From assembly GCF_021869535.1 (NCBI RefSeq), contig NW_026262745.1:77252001-77316000 (forward strand): 64,000 nucleotides of DNA. The letters are read 5' to 3'. Positions 23,901-38,900 of this stretch are shown here, piece by piece (within the stretch, counting starts at the first letter, position 1; each line of letters begins with the position of its first letter). A program made the translations under genes and the position numbers. The notes beneath the pieces are model-generated. The model did no database searches and was not told where the DNA came from. It worked only from the letters and a program-made list of their open reading frames with translations. Source of the stretch: Mytilus californianus (lineage: Eukaryota).

Positions 23901-26900
23901 AGATGAAAACGGATATGTTCCAATTGTCGTAGCTACAATCCCATCACCTTGTTCCCGAATGTGACCTACCGAATTAGACTTATCATCGGGTATGTACATA
24001 CTTGGAGAAATTCACCCAGTAAAATTTAAATCTTTATTTATACTCGGCACAGGCTAAATTATTTTTACGATTAACCTTAGTTTACTTTCAATTGTAACAC
24101 ACAATGTCTGGTTTGACTTCTAGACGTTTGACAGTACAGTCATATATCAACACTGGTACAGGCATTATATCACAACAAATGGTATTTTAAATTACAGATA
24201 GTTAATATATTATGGTCCTTTGTCTCAATTTTTCTTTTCGTTTATTGATGTCATGGTTTATAGGTATCAGACTGCAGTGTCTTTTTTAACATTTGCATAA
24301 CCATTACCATCAACAATAAGTAGGCGACTGTTCTAGTGGAAATTCGAATTTTTTTTTAAAACTTTACATGCTAAACTTTTATTGTGAAATGCAAATACCT
24401 ATGAAGACAATTGCAAATCGACCTTTAACAAACAACACTTACCCATTTACATAATGATGATTCTGTTCATGTATTCAGAAAACAATATTGTTGATAGTAT
24501 CAAATAAAAGAACATAATATTCAGTTAATAAATAAACATAAATTACCTGTTTCACAGTGGTCCCCTGTATGCGAAAAAGGACACTTGCAAGTGTACACAA
24601 ACAATCCATCGACACATACTCCTTTATTGTGACATATCACACCTTCACAAAAATCTATATCTAAACAAAAAATAACACAATTTGCATATGTATGCACCAG
24701 ATGCATAAAGTGTAGTTATATTTTTATATATACTTATAAAATACAGTTTAATCAGGGCCCTGGAGGCGTCTCGAATGTATAACCAATTTCATATAAATAG
24801 GCTTATCCTAGATGCTAGGATTATAATTTTCTACGCGAGACGCGCGTTTGATCTACAGTAAAGCTCGAGTCCAAAAATTTAAAACAGCCAAATAAAGTAC
24901 GAAGTTGGAGAGCATCGTGAGCATTGAGAACGCAAAATTCCGAAAGGTTTTACAAAATCTAACTAAGGTAATCTATTCCTTGGGTAGAAAATCCTTAGTA
25001 TTTCGAAAAAATCAATGTTTTGTTTACAGTTAATTTATAATTGTGACCATCGTAATGATAATTCATGTCAAAATATAAGTGCTGGCTACTGGGCTGGTGA
25101 TACCCTCGGGGTACATTTTTATAGGTAACTTTGTATTTCATATTCTTAATTTGGCAAATAACCAGTTGTGTGAAACACGACATAACGATGGGTATTTTTT
25201 TAAGAAACAGAAATGTCCTACCCTTCTGGACTACGAATCAAAATTCATACATCGTAGATAACATGGATAAACCGACCAAACCATGTTACATATAATTTTA
25301 CCCATTCCAAATATTCATTTGCAATGAGAATATACTTTCAGCTTTAACAAGATGAAAATATAGGAAAAAGTTTGAGAGAATGATAGCCGTGCCTTTGGTA
25401 TTGTAAATTGGTAATACTTTTTTTTCTTTGGCGACCAAGGGAACGCCTATAACATGTATAATTTGAATTGGGATATTTGTAATCAGGAAATCCATTCAAG
25501 TTGATTAATTGGTGATTAAGTGTTGACCATCAAACAGTTGAATGACATTGATTTAGCGACATAATATTCTTAATAAAGGGACAACAATAACACAAACACG
25601 ACAGGCCTATACAACTTTCAAATGCAATCATATCGTTGAAGTTTCCATTTTTAGCATAAAGATCGTTTAGTAGTATTTGTTTTGAACAAGAAATGGATAG
25701 AGGTAACCAAGGCATGAACTAGATTTTATTAAGTCATACACAAATTACGAACTATGTTTGGTCAAATATTTACCTATTTCGCAATGGTCTCCAGTATGCG
25801 AGCTCGGACAGGTACATATGTAATCAAGCACACCGTCTACGCATGTGCCTTCGTTTTGACATGTAACTCCTAGACAAAAATCTACCTCTACAACAATGGA
25901 AATCAATCATTATATATTGAGTAAAATATCAAACAGTAAGGTATCGGTAACATACTTTGCCATTTCCCATTAATTTTATTATTGGCCGGAATTGGTGCGC
26001 AAGTATTGTAATTTCTGAACAAAATTTTATTTTAGGATTTAAATAGTTTAAATTGGTTCATACATGGTAATATTAGTAACGCTTGCAAGTATATACGTAT
26101 TTGGTATTCACAATAATATAAATAATTACATGCTACAGTGTTACTGTGAAATGCAAAAGAAAATGATTTTCTGTAAACGGATAGAAAACCTAATTCAAAT
26201 ATGCATTTATAAATCAATGATAATTAACATACATACAGACCACAAATATGTTGGTATGATCGCGTAGAATGCTATAATTTTTATTACATCAACATATCAC
26301 TCGTTTACTTGTTTCGCAATGAACCCAGGTATGCGAAAATTGACAATTACAAGTGTACCGAAATAGTCCATCAATACATGCTCACTCGTTTTGACATTTG
26401 ATATCTTTACAAAAATCAATATCTAAAATGAAAAAAAATGCACTTAATTACATTTTTAATGATTTATCACCGTACTGACAAAATTCGAATACATATCTAC
26501 AAAATGCATCATCCCTTACAAAGGCAATAAGACTCGTGTCTTGCTTTGTGATGTTATCATTTATTTGAAATAGAGAAAGGCAAAGGGTTTAACGTCAATT
26601 TCAGCACTTTTGGCTATATCAGTCAATTTTCAGGCTTATTATATTCGATAACTTCAGAACTGTACAGTATTTATTTAGACAATTCAGCATAATGTTGATT
26701 ACAGGAACATAACAACACCTGTTTGAACATAGACTGAACAGATCTTAATTGACTGCAAGCAAATTGTTCAAATAAATCATTTTTTTGTGATATTAGATCA
26801 AAATGACTGTTTAAGATTAAATGCATTTCCTAGTGGGAGTACATGTATAAACTAATGATGAAGACTACACGTAGCAACTGTAATAGTTATAATAAATTAG

Positions 26901-29900
26901 GTATTTGTGTTATTAAGTGTTAACCTGCTTCACAGTGAACACCAGTATGTGAACCTGGACAGGTACAGGTGTAATTAAGCACACCGTCAACACAGGTGCC
27001 TCCATTTCCACAGGTTACTCCTTCGCAAAAGTTTATATCTATAACCAAAAAGAAATTATATAAAAACTAAGTACAATACTTCCATTAATTTGTTTGTACA
27101 AATTACGTAAGTAGTACAACATGTAAGTATCATATTGAAATCGCATTTCATTTGATATATCTATTTGGACGGACATTTATATTTTGTAATATGATTGCAT
27201 TCACGTATATGAAGTTACGACTTACGGTTAATAAATTCGCTTCAACGTCCTAATGGAGCACCAATATATTGACATTATCAACTAACCTTATACTAAAACG
27301 TTTGAGAAATATTTATTTATATATACAGAACCCCTCTTCTAAAAATCGTAAACCTATGGTCATTCACATTCTCCTGTTTGCACTGCAATTCATTTTGCAA
27401 TCACGAGATGTGTGATACATGCAACACTCACAATTGGTAAATTGTTTGTTATTACATAATTACTTGTTTCACAATCATTTCCGGTATGTGAAACTGGGCA
27501 TGTGCATCTGTAATCAAACACACCATCGACACATGTGCCCTCATTTCCAAATACAACTTTTTCACAGAAGTTGTGACTGTAATACATGGTAATAGAACAT
27601 TAATTATAATAATGCTGTCTTGTATGCGCCCCCCTCCAAAGATGACTGGGGAAAAGATATATAGTCACTACAGGTCTTCTTCCGACCGGCAGTAAAACCC
27701 TTTCCGAAGTGGGGCGTCCGCTTGGCTGCGCGGGATGTATCAAGTACGCAGCCACTTCCGGTCAGAATGGGGACGTTAAATCCGATGCCTCGTGTAGAGA
27801 GAGTGCCACGCTCTCCGCTCGTTAAGAACTCTTGCAACAACTCTTTGAGGGGTCCGTAGGTAGCCTGTTGCAAGGCAAAATGTCTGTCCCTATCCAACAT
27901 ACCCTCTTTTCCAGTGGCAGTCGAATTTCCCCGACCTTATCCAACACAGCTTCAATTACAAGACCTACCTATTGTATTTATTGTTAATTTGTTCTCGTCC
28001 TAAAATATTTGCCACTAGACGATCAGCAACCAACAATCAATCATTCAATCAATTTTGTATGCAGTCAATCAACATTAATTTATTTTCACACATTCGTAAT
28101 CTTATAAATTACAAACGTATATAGGAGTGCTGTCTAATGCACGTATTTTTCAGATTGCCTTGCCTTTGAAATGAAACATATTTGTACCTAAGTTGATTAA
28201 AATGTATCGCATATCCAGTTGGTTTCGCGCAAAATATATTGCTATTATAAATTGACATAAAGATTGATTAAAAAATGTATAAATATCTAAAAAAAAAAAA
28301 AACTTCTGATTCCGATTCAAATTAGAAAATGATGCATCAAAATGTACATATAAGGTAAAACAGTTTCTAATGACGAAAACTGTCAATTGTTATAACTATG
28401 AGAAATTAGTTGTTTATGTTATTAAGTATTAACCTGCTTCACAATGACCACCAGTATGTGAACCTGGACAGGTACAAGTGTAATTAAGCACACCGTCAAC
28501 ACACGTGCCTCCATTTCCACACGTTACTCCTTCACAAAAATTTATATCTACAATCAAAAGATATATACAAAACTAACTGATTACCTACAATTGATTTGTT
28601 TGTTAAAACTACGTAAATAGTAAGTAACATATTAGAATCGTATTGTTGTCCGATATATATTTTGGACGGACCAACATTTTATTATAGATAGATAGAATTT
28701 ACGCAGATTTACACTGATTTGAGCAACTTACAACTATTAAATCGGCTTTAATGTCTAAGGAAATTTAGATTGTTTTGAGCACAAATATATGGACATTATA
28801 AATTTACAGATTACAAATTGTTTAGAAATAATATTTTATATAGAGAACTTTTCTTCAAAGAATCATTAAATTTTGATCATGCACATTCTTTTTTTGACAC
28901 TACAATTCATTTGTGATCGAGCACGATGACTGATGCATGCAGTACTCCCAATTAATAAGTTGATTGTTATCACATAATTACCTGTTTCACAATCACTTCC
29001 GGTATGTGAAACCGGGCATGTGCAGCTGTAATCAAACACACCATCGACACAAGTGCCTCCATTTCCACACATAACTCCTTCACAGAAGTTTATATCTGCC
29101 AAAGAAAACCAGTTAACATACACACTGTCATGTATGCGCAGAAGCCGCCATTAATTTATTTACACGTATTCATAGACTAGTAAATTGCAAATGTATATAG
29201 GATTGCTGTCGTATGTAGATTATTTCAAAATAATCATATATTTCATAATGTGAATGCCTTTAAGAAAATTATCACTAAGACGATTGCTTTGCATTTTACA
29301 TGACAAATACAAACTTAATTGATTTTGAATGGTTTACATATCTTTTTGGTTATAGCGAGACATATCTAGCTACATGTATTATACAGTTATCGACAAATTG
29401 TTTTAAACAATGTGTTTATATCCAAAAGAAAAGACTTCTGCCTCCTATTCAAGTTAGAAAATAATCATATGTACATACAGGGTAAAATAATCTGTACACA
29501 GGAGCCTATTGTTCAGTGGTTGTCCTTTTTTTGTGTTGTTGATACGTGTTTCTCGTGTCTCGTTTTTTATGTAGCTTAGACCGTTTATTTTCCTGTTTGA
29601 AATGTTTTACACTTGTCATTTAGGGTCCTTTATAGCTTGCTGTTCGGTGTGAGCCAAGGCTCCGTGTTAAAGGCCGTACTTTGACCTATAATTTTTTATT
29701 TTTTACACACTGTGACTTGGATTGAGAGTTGTCTCATTGGAACTCATACCACATCTTCTTATTTATAATCAAGATGTACATCATGTACATATAGGGTAAA
29801 AACAATCTCAATGACGAAAACTTGTATCAACTGTTGTAATTATAATAAATAAGTTGATTATGTTATTAAGTATCAACCTGCTTCACAATGACCACCAGTA

Positions 29901-32900
29901 TGTGAACCTGGACAGGTACAGGTGTAATTAAGCACACCGTCAACACACGTGCCTCCATTTCCACACGTTACTCCTTCACAAAAATTGATATCTACAATCA
30001 AAAGATATATACAAAACTAACTGATTACCTACAATTGATTTGTTTGTTAAAACTACGTAAATAGTAAGTAACATATTAGAATCGTATTGTTGTCCGATAT
30101 ATATTTTGGACGGACCAACATTTTATTATAGATAGATAGAATTTACGAAGATTTACTCTGATTTGGGCAAATTAAGACTATTAAATCGGCTTTAATGTCT
30201 AAGGAAATTTAGATTGTTGGGAGCACAAGTATATGAACATAATTAATTTACGGATTACAAATTGTTTAGAAATAATATTTTATAGAAAGAACTTTTCTTC
30301 AAAGAATCGTTAAATTTTGATCATGCACATTCTTCCTTTTACACTACAATTTATTTGTGATCGAGCACGATGACTGATGCATGCAATACTCCCAGTTAAT
30401 GAGTTGATTGTTATCAAATAATTACCTGTTTCACAATCACTTCCGGTATGTGAAATCGGGCATGTGCAGCTGTAATCAAACACACCATCGACACAAGTGC
30501 CTCCATTTCCACACATAACTCCTTCACAGAAGTTTATATCTACCAAAGAAAACGAATTAACATACACACTGTCATGTATGCGCCAAAATCGCCATGAATT
30601 TATTTACACGCATTCGTAGACTAGTAAATTGTCTATATAGGATTGATGTCTAATGTAGATTTCCAAATAATCATATTTTTCATGATGTGAATGCCTTTAA
30701 GTAGATTGTCACCATGACGATTGCCTTGCATTTTGACATGAAAAATACAAACTTAATTGATTTTGAATGGTTAACATATCCAGTTGGTTCTAGCGAAACA
30801 TATCTGGCTATTGTAAAGTTATCGACAAATTGTTTTTAAAAAATGTATTTATATCTAAAAAAAAACAAAAAAGACTTCTGATCACGATTCAAGTTAGAAA
30901 ATGATGCATCAAAATGTACATATAAGGTAAAAACCGTTTCTAATGACGAAAACTGTCAATTGTTAAAATTATGAGAAATTAGTTGTTTATGTTATTAAGT
31001 ATTAACCTGCTTCACAATGACCACCAGTATGGGAAACTGGACAGGTACAGGTGTAATTAAGCACACCGTCAACACACGTGCCTCCATTTCCACACGTTAC
31101 TCCTTCACAAAAATTTATATCTACAATCAAAAGATATATACAAAAATAACTGATTACCTACAATTGATTTGTTTGTTAAAACTACGTAAATAGTAAGTAA
31201 CATATTAGAATCGTATTGTTGTCCGATATATATTTTGGACGGACCAACATTTTATTATAGATAGATAGAATTTACGAAGATTTACTCTGATTTGGGCAAA
31301 TTAAGACTATTAAATCGGCTTTAATGTCTAAGGAAATTTAGATTGTTGGGAGCACAAGTATATGAACATAATTAATTTACGGATTACAAATTGTTTAGAA
31401 ATAATATTTTATAGAAAGAACTTTTCTTCAAAGAATCGTTAAATTTTGATCATGCACATTCTTCCTTTTACACTACAATTTATTTGTGATCGAGCACGAT
31501 GACTGATGCATGCAATACTCCCAGTTAATGAGTTGATTGTTATCAAATAATTACCTGTTTCACAATCACTTCCGGTATGTGAAATCGGGCATGTGCAGCT
31601 GTAATCAAACACACCATCGACACAAGTGCCTCCATTTCCACACATAACTCCTTCACAGAAGTTTATATCTGCCAAAGAAAACGAATTAACATACACACTG
31701 TCATGTATGCGCCAAAATCGCCATGAATTTATTTACACGCATTCGTAGACTAGTAAATTGTCTATATAGGATTGATGTCTAATGTAGATTTCCAAATAAT
31801 CATATTTTTCATGATGTGAATGCCTTTAAGTAGATTGTCACCATGACGATTGCCTTGCATTTTGACATGAAAAATACAAACTTAATTGATTTTGAATGGT
31901 TAACATATCCAGTTGGTTCTAGCGAAACATATCTGGCTATTGTAAAGTTATCGACAAATTGTTTTTAAAAAATGTATTTATATCTAAAAAAAACAAAAAA
32001 GACTTCTGATCACGATTCAAGTTAGAAAATGATGCATCAAAATGTACATATAAGGTAAAAACCGTTTCTAATGACGAAAACTGTCAAATGTTATAATTAT
32101 GAGAAATTAGTTGTTTATGTTATTAAGTATTAACCTGCTTCACAATGACCACCAGTATGGGAAACTGGACAGGTACAGGTGTAATTAAGCACACCGTCAA
32201 CACACGTGCCTCCATTTCCACATGTTACTCCTTCACAAAAATTTATATCTACAATCAAAAGATATATACAAAACTAACTGATTACCTACAATTGATTTGT
32301 TTGTTGAAGCTACGTAAATAGTAAGTAACATATTAAATTTGTATTGTTGTCCGATATATATTTTGGACGGACCAACATTTTATTATGGATAGATAGAATT
32401 TACGCAGATTTACACTGATATGAGCAACTTACAACTATTAAATCGGCTTTAATGTCTAATGGAGTTTAGATTGTTCTGAGCACAAATATATGGACATTAT
32501 AAATTTACAGATTACAAATTGTTTAGAAATATTATTTTATATAGAGAACTCTTCTTCAAAGAATCGTAAAAAAATTGATCATGCGCATTCATCCTTTTAC
32601 ACTACAATATTTTTGATCGAGCACGATGACTAATGCATGCAATACTCCCAATTAATGAGTTGGTAGTTATTACATAATTACCTGTTTCACAATCACTTCC
32701 GGTATGTGAAACCGGGCATGTGCAGCTGTAATCAAACACACCATCGACACAAGTGCCTCCATTTCCACACATAACTCCTTCACAGAAGTTTATATCTGCC
32801 AAAGAAAACGAATTAACATACACACTGTCATGTATGCGCCAAAATCGCCATTAATTTATTAACACGCATTCGTAGACTAGTAAATTGTCTATATAGGATT

Positions 32901-35900
32901 GATGTCTAATGTAGATTTCCAAATAATCTTATTTTTCATAATGTGAATGCCTTTAAGTAGATTGTCACCATGACGATTGCCTTGCATTTTACATGAAAAA
33001 TATAAACTTAATTGATTTTGAATGGTTAACATATCCAGTTGGTTCTAGCGAGACACATCTGGCTCTTGTAATGTTATCGACAAATTTGATTTTAAAAATG
33101 TATTAATATCTAAAAAAAAAAACCAAAAAGACTTCTGACTCCGATTCAAGTTATAAAATGATGCATCAAAATGTACATATAAGGTAAAAACCGTTTCTAA
33201 TGACGAAAACTGTCAATTGTTATAATTATGAGAAATTAGTTGTTTATGTTATTAAGTATTAACCTGCTTCACAATGACCACCAGTATGGGAAACTGGACA
33301 GGTACAGGTGTAATTAAGCACACCGTCAACACACGTGCCTCCATTTCCACACGTTACTCCTTCACAAAAATTTATATCTACAATCAAAAGATATATACAA
33401 AACTAACTGATTACCTACAATTGATTTGTTTGTTAAAACTACGTAAATAGTAAGTAGCATATTAAATTTGTATTGTTGTCCGATATATATTTTGGACGGA
33501 CCAACATTTTATTATAGATAGATAGAATTTACGCAAACTTTCTATGATTTGAACAACTTACAACTATTAAATCGGCTTTAATGTCTAAGGGAGTTTAGAT
33601 TGTTCTGAGGTCAAATATATGGACATTATAAATTTACGGATTACAAATCGTTTAGAAATGATGTTTTATATAGAGAACTCTTCTTCAAAGAATCGTAAAA
33701 AATTTGATCATGCGCATTCTTCCTTTTACAGTACAATTCATTTGTGATCGAGCACGATGACTGATGCATGCAATACTCCCAATTAATGAGTTGGTTTGTT
33801 ATCACATAAATACCTGTTTCACAATCACTTCCGGTATGTGAAACCGGGCATGTGCAGCTGTAATCAAACACATCATCGACACAAGTGCCTCCATTTCCAC
33901 ACATAACTCCTTCGCAGAAGTTTATATCTGCCAAAGAAAACCAGTCAACATACACACTGTCATGTATGCGCAGAAACCGCCATTGATTTATTTACACGTA
34001 TTCATAGACTAGTAAATTGCCAATGTATATAGGATTGCTGTCTTATGTAGATTATTTCAAAATAATCATATATTTCATAATGTGAATGCCTTTAAGAAGA
34101 TTGTCACTAAGACGATTGCCTTGCATTTTACATGAACAATACAAACTTAATTGATTTTGAATGGTTTACATATCCAGTTGGTTCTAGCAATAAATATCTA
34201 GCTATTGTAAAGTTATCGACAATTTGTTTTGAAAAATATATTTATATCTAAAAAACAAAAAGACTTCTGATTCCGATTCAAGTTAGAAAATGATACATCA
34301 AGATGTACATATAGGGTGAAAACAATCTCAATGACGAAATCTTGTATCAACTGTTGTTATTATAATAAATTAGTTGTTTATGTTATTAAGTATTAACCTG
34401 CTTCACAATGAACACCAGTATGTGAACCTGGACAGGTACAGGTGTAATTAAGTACACCGTCAACACACGTGCCTCCATTTCCACATGTTACTCCTTCACA
34501 AAAATTGATATCTACAATCAAAAGATATATACAAAACTAACTGATTACCTACAATTGATTTGTTTGTTAAAACTACGTAAATAGTAAGTAGCATATTAAA
34601 ATCGTATTGTTGTCCGATATATATTTTGGACGGACCAACATTTGATTATAGATAGATAGAGTTTACGTAGATCTACTCTGATTTGAGCAAATTACAACTA
34701 TTAAATCGGCTATAATGTCTAAAAAAAATTTAGATTGTTCGGAGAACTAATATATGGATATTATAAATTTACGGATTACAAATTGTTTAGAAATGATATT
34801 TTATGTAGAGACCTCTTCTTCAAAATTTGATCATGCACATTCTTCTTTTTACACTACAATTCATTTGTGATCGAGCCCGATGACTGATGCATGCAATACT
34901 CCCAATTAATAAGTTGGTTGTTATCACATAATTACCTGATTCACAATCACTTCCGGTATGTGAAACCGGGCATGTGCAGCTGTAATCAAACACACCATCG
35001 ACACAAGTGCCTCCATTTCCACACATAACTCCTTCACAGAAATTTATATCTACAAAAGAAAACCTATTAACATACACACTGTCATGTATGCGCCAAAACT
35101 GCCATTAATTTAGTTACACGCATTCGTAGACTAGTAAATTGCAAATGTATACAGAATTCCTGTCGACTGTAGATTTTAAAATAATAATATTTTTCATAGT
35201 GTTAATGCCTTTAAATAGATTGTCACTAAGACAATTGTCTTGCATTTTACATGAAAAAATACGAACCTAATTTTTTTAAAAGGTTTACATATCCAGCCGG
35301 TTCTAGCGAGACATATCTGTTTAATATAAAGTTATCGACAAATTGTTTTAAAAAAATATTTTTATATCTAAAAAACAAAAAGACTTCTGACTCCGATTCA
35401 AGTTAGAAAATGATACATAAAGATGTACATATAGGTTAAAAACAATCTCAATGACGAAAACATGTATCAACTGTTGTTATTATAACAAATTAGTTGTCTA
35501 TGTCATTAAGTATTAACCTGCTTCACAATGACCACCAGTATGTGAACCTGGACAGGTACAGGTGTAATTAAGTACACCGTCAACACACGTGCCTCCATTT
35601 CCACACGTTACTCCTTCACACAAATTTATATCTATAATCAAAAGAAATAATATACAAAACTAACTGATTTACCATTGATTTGTTTGTTAAAACTACGTAA
35701 ATAGTAAGTAACATATTAAAATCGTATTGTTTTACGATATATATTTTGAACTGTGTACATTTATGATACATCCTGTCCACTACACAGAGATAAATGAAAA
35801 ACAGATGGCACTTTACATTTCTATCACCAGCTCATATTTCTAATTGAGACGAGAAATATGGCATGCAAATAGTGTGTGTTTACATAATTAAAAAAAGATA

Positions 35901-38900
35901 CTTGAAATTAAACAAATTGTAACTTGCAACAGATGAGGCTAAATTCATTTGATGGAAAATATAAAAATAAAAATATTGTTCACAGAACAAAGTCACAAAA
36001 CAAGATAGGACCAAAAAAGAATTATATGTCACAATTAATTAGTTTACACTGGTTGAAGTAAGAACCAAAGTATTCTTGAAATTCTTTTTTATTTCTTCAT
36101 ACAAGATATCATAAATATAACAATAAGGAGATGTGGTATGATTGCCAAAGAGACAATTATCCGCCAAAGTTTAAATAAAGTGGATGTACGCAATTATATG
36201 CAACCGTACGGCCTTCAACAATGAGGAAAAACCCATACCGTAGATTCAGCTATAAAAGGCCCCGGCATGAAAAATATGAAACAATTGAAATGAGAAAAAT
36301 AACGGCCTAATTTATAACAAAACAATTTACGAAAAACAAATATGACAGACGTGAACCAAAGACAACCACTGACATTTTAAAAGAAAAATTTCTTGCGACA
36401 TTGTTGCATATAGTTGTTCCTAAAAAATATAAGAAAAGGTTCTTGCAACTTTCTAGCAAACAAACTCTTTCTTTCAAACATTGTAGCAAAATTGCTGCAT
36501 TTTTCTCGCAAACAAATATTGTTGCGGTAACATTGCATAAAATTTGCAGGTTGCTGCAACAACCTGCAATTTTCTTGCGATCACTTCTTGCAAACAAATT
36601 TGTTATATTGCTGCAATATTGCAGCAAACTTTTCATTTCTGTAAGGGAAATAATAAAGATCCTTGTTAAAAAAATTACGGATATTTGAATTGAACCATTT
36701 TTTTTTTACCAATATAGGAAATAACTTTACAAGACTTCTGATTTCAAGGCAAGTTAGAAAAACATGACGTTGTGATTAGGTGAAAGTCACTCTCTTATGA
36801 CCAAGACTACATGTACATGTAGCACCTGTAATAATTGTAGTACATGAATTTTTCGAGTAATAATGTATAAACCTGATTTACATTGACCAGTTGTATTTCA
36901 ACCTAGACTGCTGTTATTAACATCATCGTCAAAACACGGGCCTCAATTTATCACATTGTGTAAGGCCATACAATAACCTATAAATGTTAACATCCACGTC
37001 ATTCGTTCTGTGATGGATATTTGATTCATTAGCAGCCATACCAGATTTGTATATTATATATTTTTGCAGCGTTTTTGATGTAATGAATCATGTCATTAAA
37101 GAATCACTGACTACAGAACTTCTTAATCTGTTAAGGCAGATATCATGACTTAGTTAAGTGGAAACTATATGTTTGATTGGCTATTGGGAACAAGATAGCA
37201 CCCCATCCAAAGGACAACTTAGTTTCTGGAACCACCGTAGCTGACCATTTCAGAAGATTTTATATGCTCCGAATTTTATTATTATTTAATTCCAGTTTTC
37301 CGAATCTAGTTTTGTGTTTTTGCTACTCTGAATGGAATGTTAGATAAGCTATCTAGAATGAATGTATCAACTGTTTTTAAAATGATTAAGTACTAGTATC
37401 ATTGCCATCAGTTTTCACAAAACAATTGATATGTTTGAGGTTTGAACATGTAGCGAAAATTTCTTTCGCCTGTTTATTTATCGTTTTTCACATTTTGTTG
37501 AATATGTTATAATAAGTCCATCACATATAAGTTCAACATGTATGTAACAACGTATTTGATTTTAACGAAAGAAATCTCTGTATTACTGAAAAATTATTAC
37601 ACCAGGGTTTTCAATATCACAAACTAGTCAAAACATTTACTAAATTTTATCATCGGTACAAGGACATCATTCGTAAATATAAATCAACATGTAGACATCT
37701 TATACGTTCAGGTATTTCACATCCAATCTTTTATGGTAATATTCTTTACAAAGCACAAAAATGTCGGCATTCACCTCAAAAGCTGACCAAACCTTTAAAC
37801 AGACTTATTCAGAAGGGATATAGTTACGATATTGTTGTCAAGTCATTAAGAATTGCATGTTTTGGTACTAATATTGATTCACTGATAGGGTCTTTGCATC
37901 GGAAATAAACACATTTATTCTAAAATCAGTTGTTGGCATGATACGGGTTATGTTTTTCTCATATATTTTATGATGGTATGATACTAAACCCCTAACGGGA
38001 GGGATTGTGCTTGATTTTAATATGATGAAGACATAATCTTTCAATCAGTTTAATTGAGGTCTGGAGCTGGCATGTCAGTAACTACTACTAGTCCTTTGTT
38101 TATTTATGTATCATTGTCATTTTCCTTAGTTTCTTTTGTTACCTATTCTGACATCGGACTCGGACTTCTTTTAAACTGAGTTTTACTGTGCGTATTGCTG
38201 TGTGTTTCTTTATTCTACATTGGCTAGAGGAATAGGGGGAGGGTTGAGATCTCACAAAACATGTTTAACCCCACCACGTTTCTCCAAAGTCAGGAGCCTC
38301 TGGCCTTTGTTAGTCTTGTATGTTTTTTAATTTTAATTCATTTATATGTTTTGGAGTTTAGTATGACGTACATTTTCACTGAACTAGTACACATTTTTAT
38401 TTAGAGGCCAGCTGAGGCCCACTTCCGGGTGTGGGATTTTCTCGCTTTATTGTAGACCCATTGGTGGCCTTCGGCTGTTATCTGCTCTTTGGTCGGGTTG
38501 TTGTCTCTTTGACATATTCCCCATTTCCATTCTGAATTTTATCAAACATACACTTGATCAAAATTGTATTTGTATATATTATTTTTTCTTTCGAAGTCTG
38601 AAAAAACGAAACATTGATGCAAATGTTATTTTGACGATTTTAGCTACTACTGGTTTACCTGTTTCGCAATTTTTCCCAGTATGTGAAACCGGACATGTAC
38701 AAGTATATCTTGATATGTCATCTGTACATACACCTTCATTTTGGCAAGGACTACTGGTACATTCATTTACACCTAAAACATGTTCGGTTTGAAAAGTTAC
38801 AAATGCTGTCACATATAATGTAACATATTGAATCTTTAGGATACCTGTATTATCTCTCACATTAATAGAAATCCAATACTGGTTGTGTGATACATTGTTT

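Larger units (their letters stand above)
26880..35710. repeat. Tandem segmental duplication, ~1.13-kb unit carrying one type-A and one type-B EGF exon plus introns (8 A, 7 B)
   Basis: A-exon spacings are 1129, 1128, 1129, 1134 and 1120 bp, plus 1444 and 1509 bp where insertions occur; intron sequences are near-identical between units. Confidence 0.95.

Noticed and set aside
26381-26390. TGA in an EGF exon as selenocysteine
   Set aside because: It replaces a Gly position, not a Cys, and no SECIS is evident.
26880-35710. Regular repeat array read as CRISPR-like or satellite DNA
   Set aside because: Eukaryotic context; the units are ~1.1 kb and contain spliceable EGF exons rather than repeat-spacer structure.
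36307-36688. Overlapping ORFs on both strands
   Set aside because: They arise from a self-complementary TTGC/GCAA repeat.
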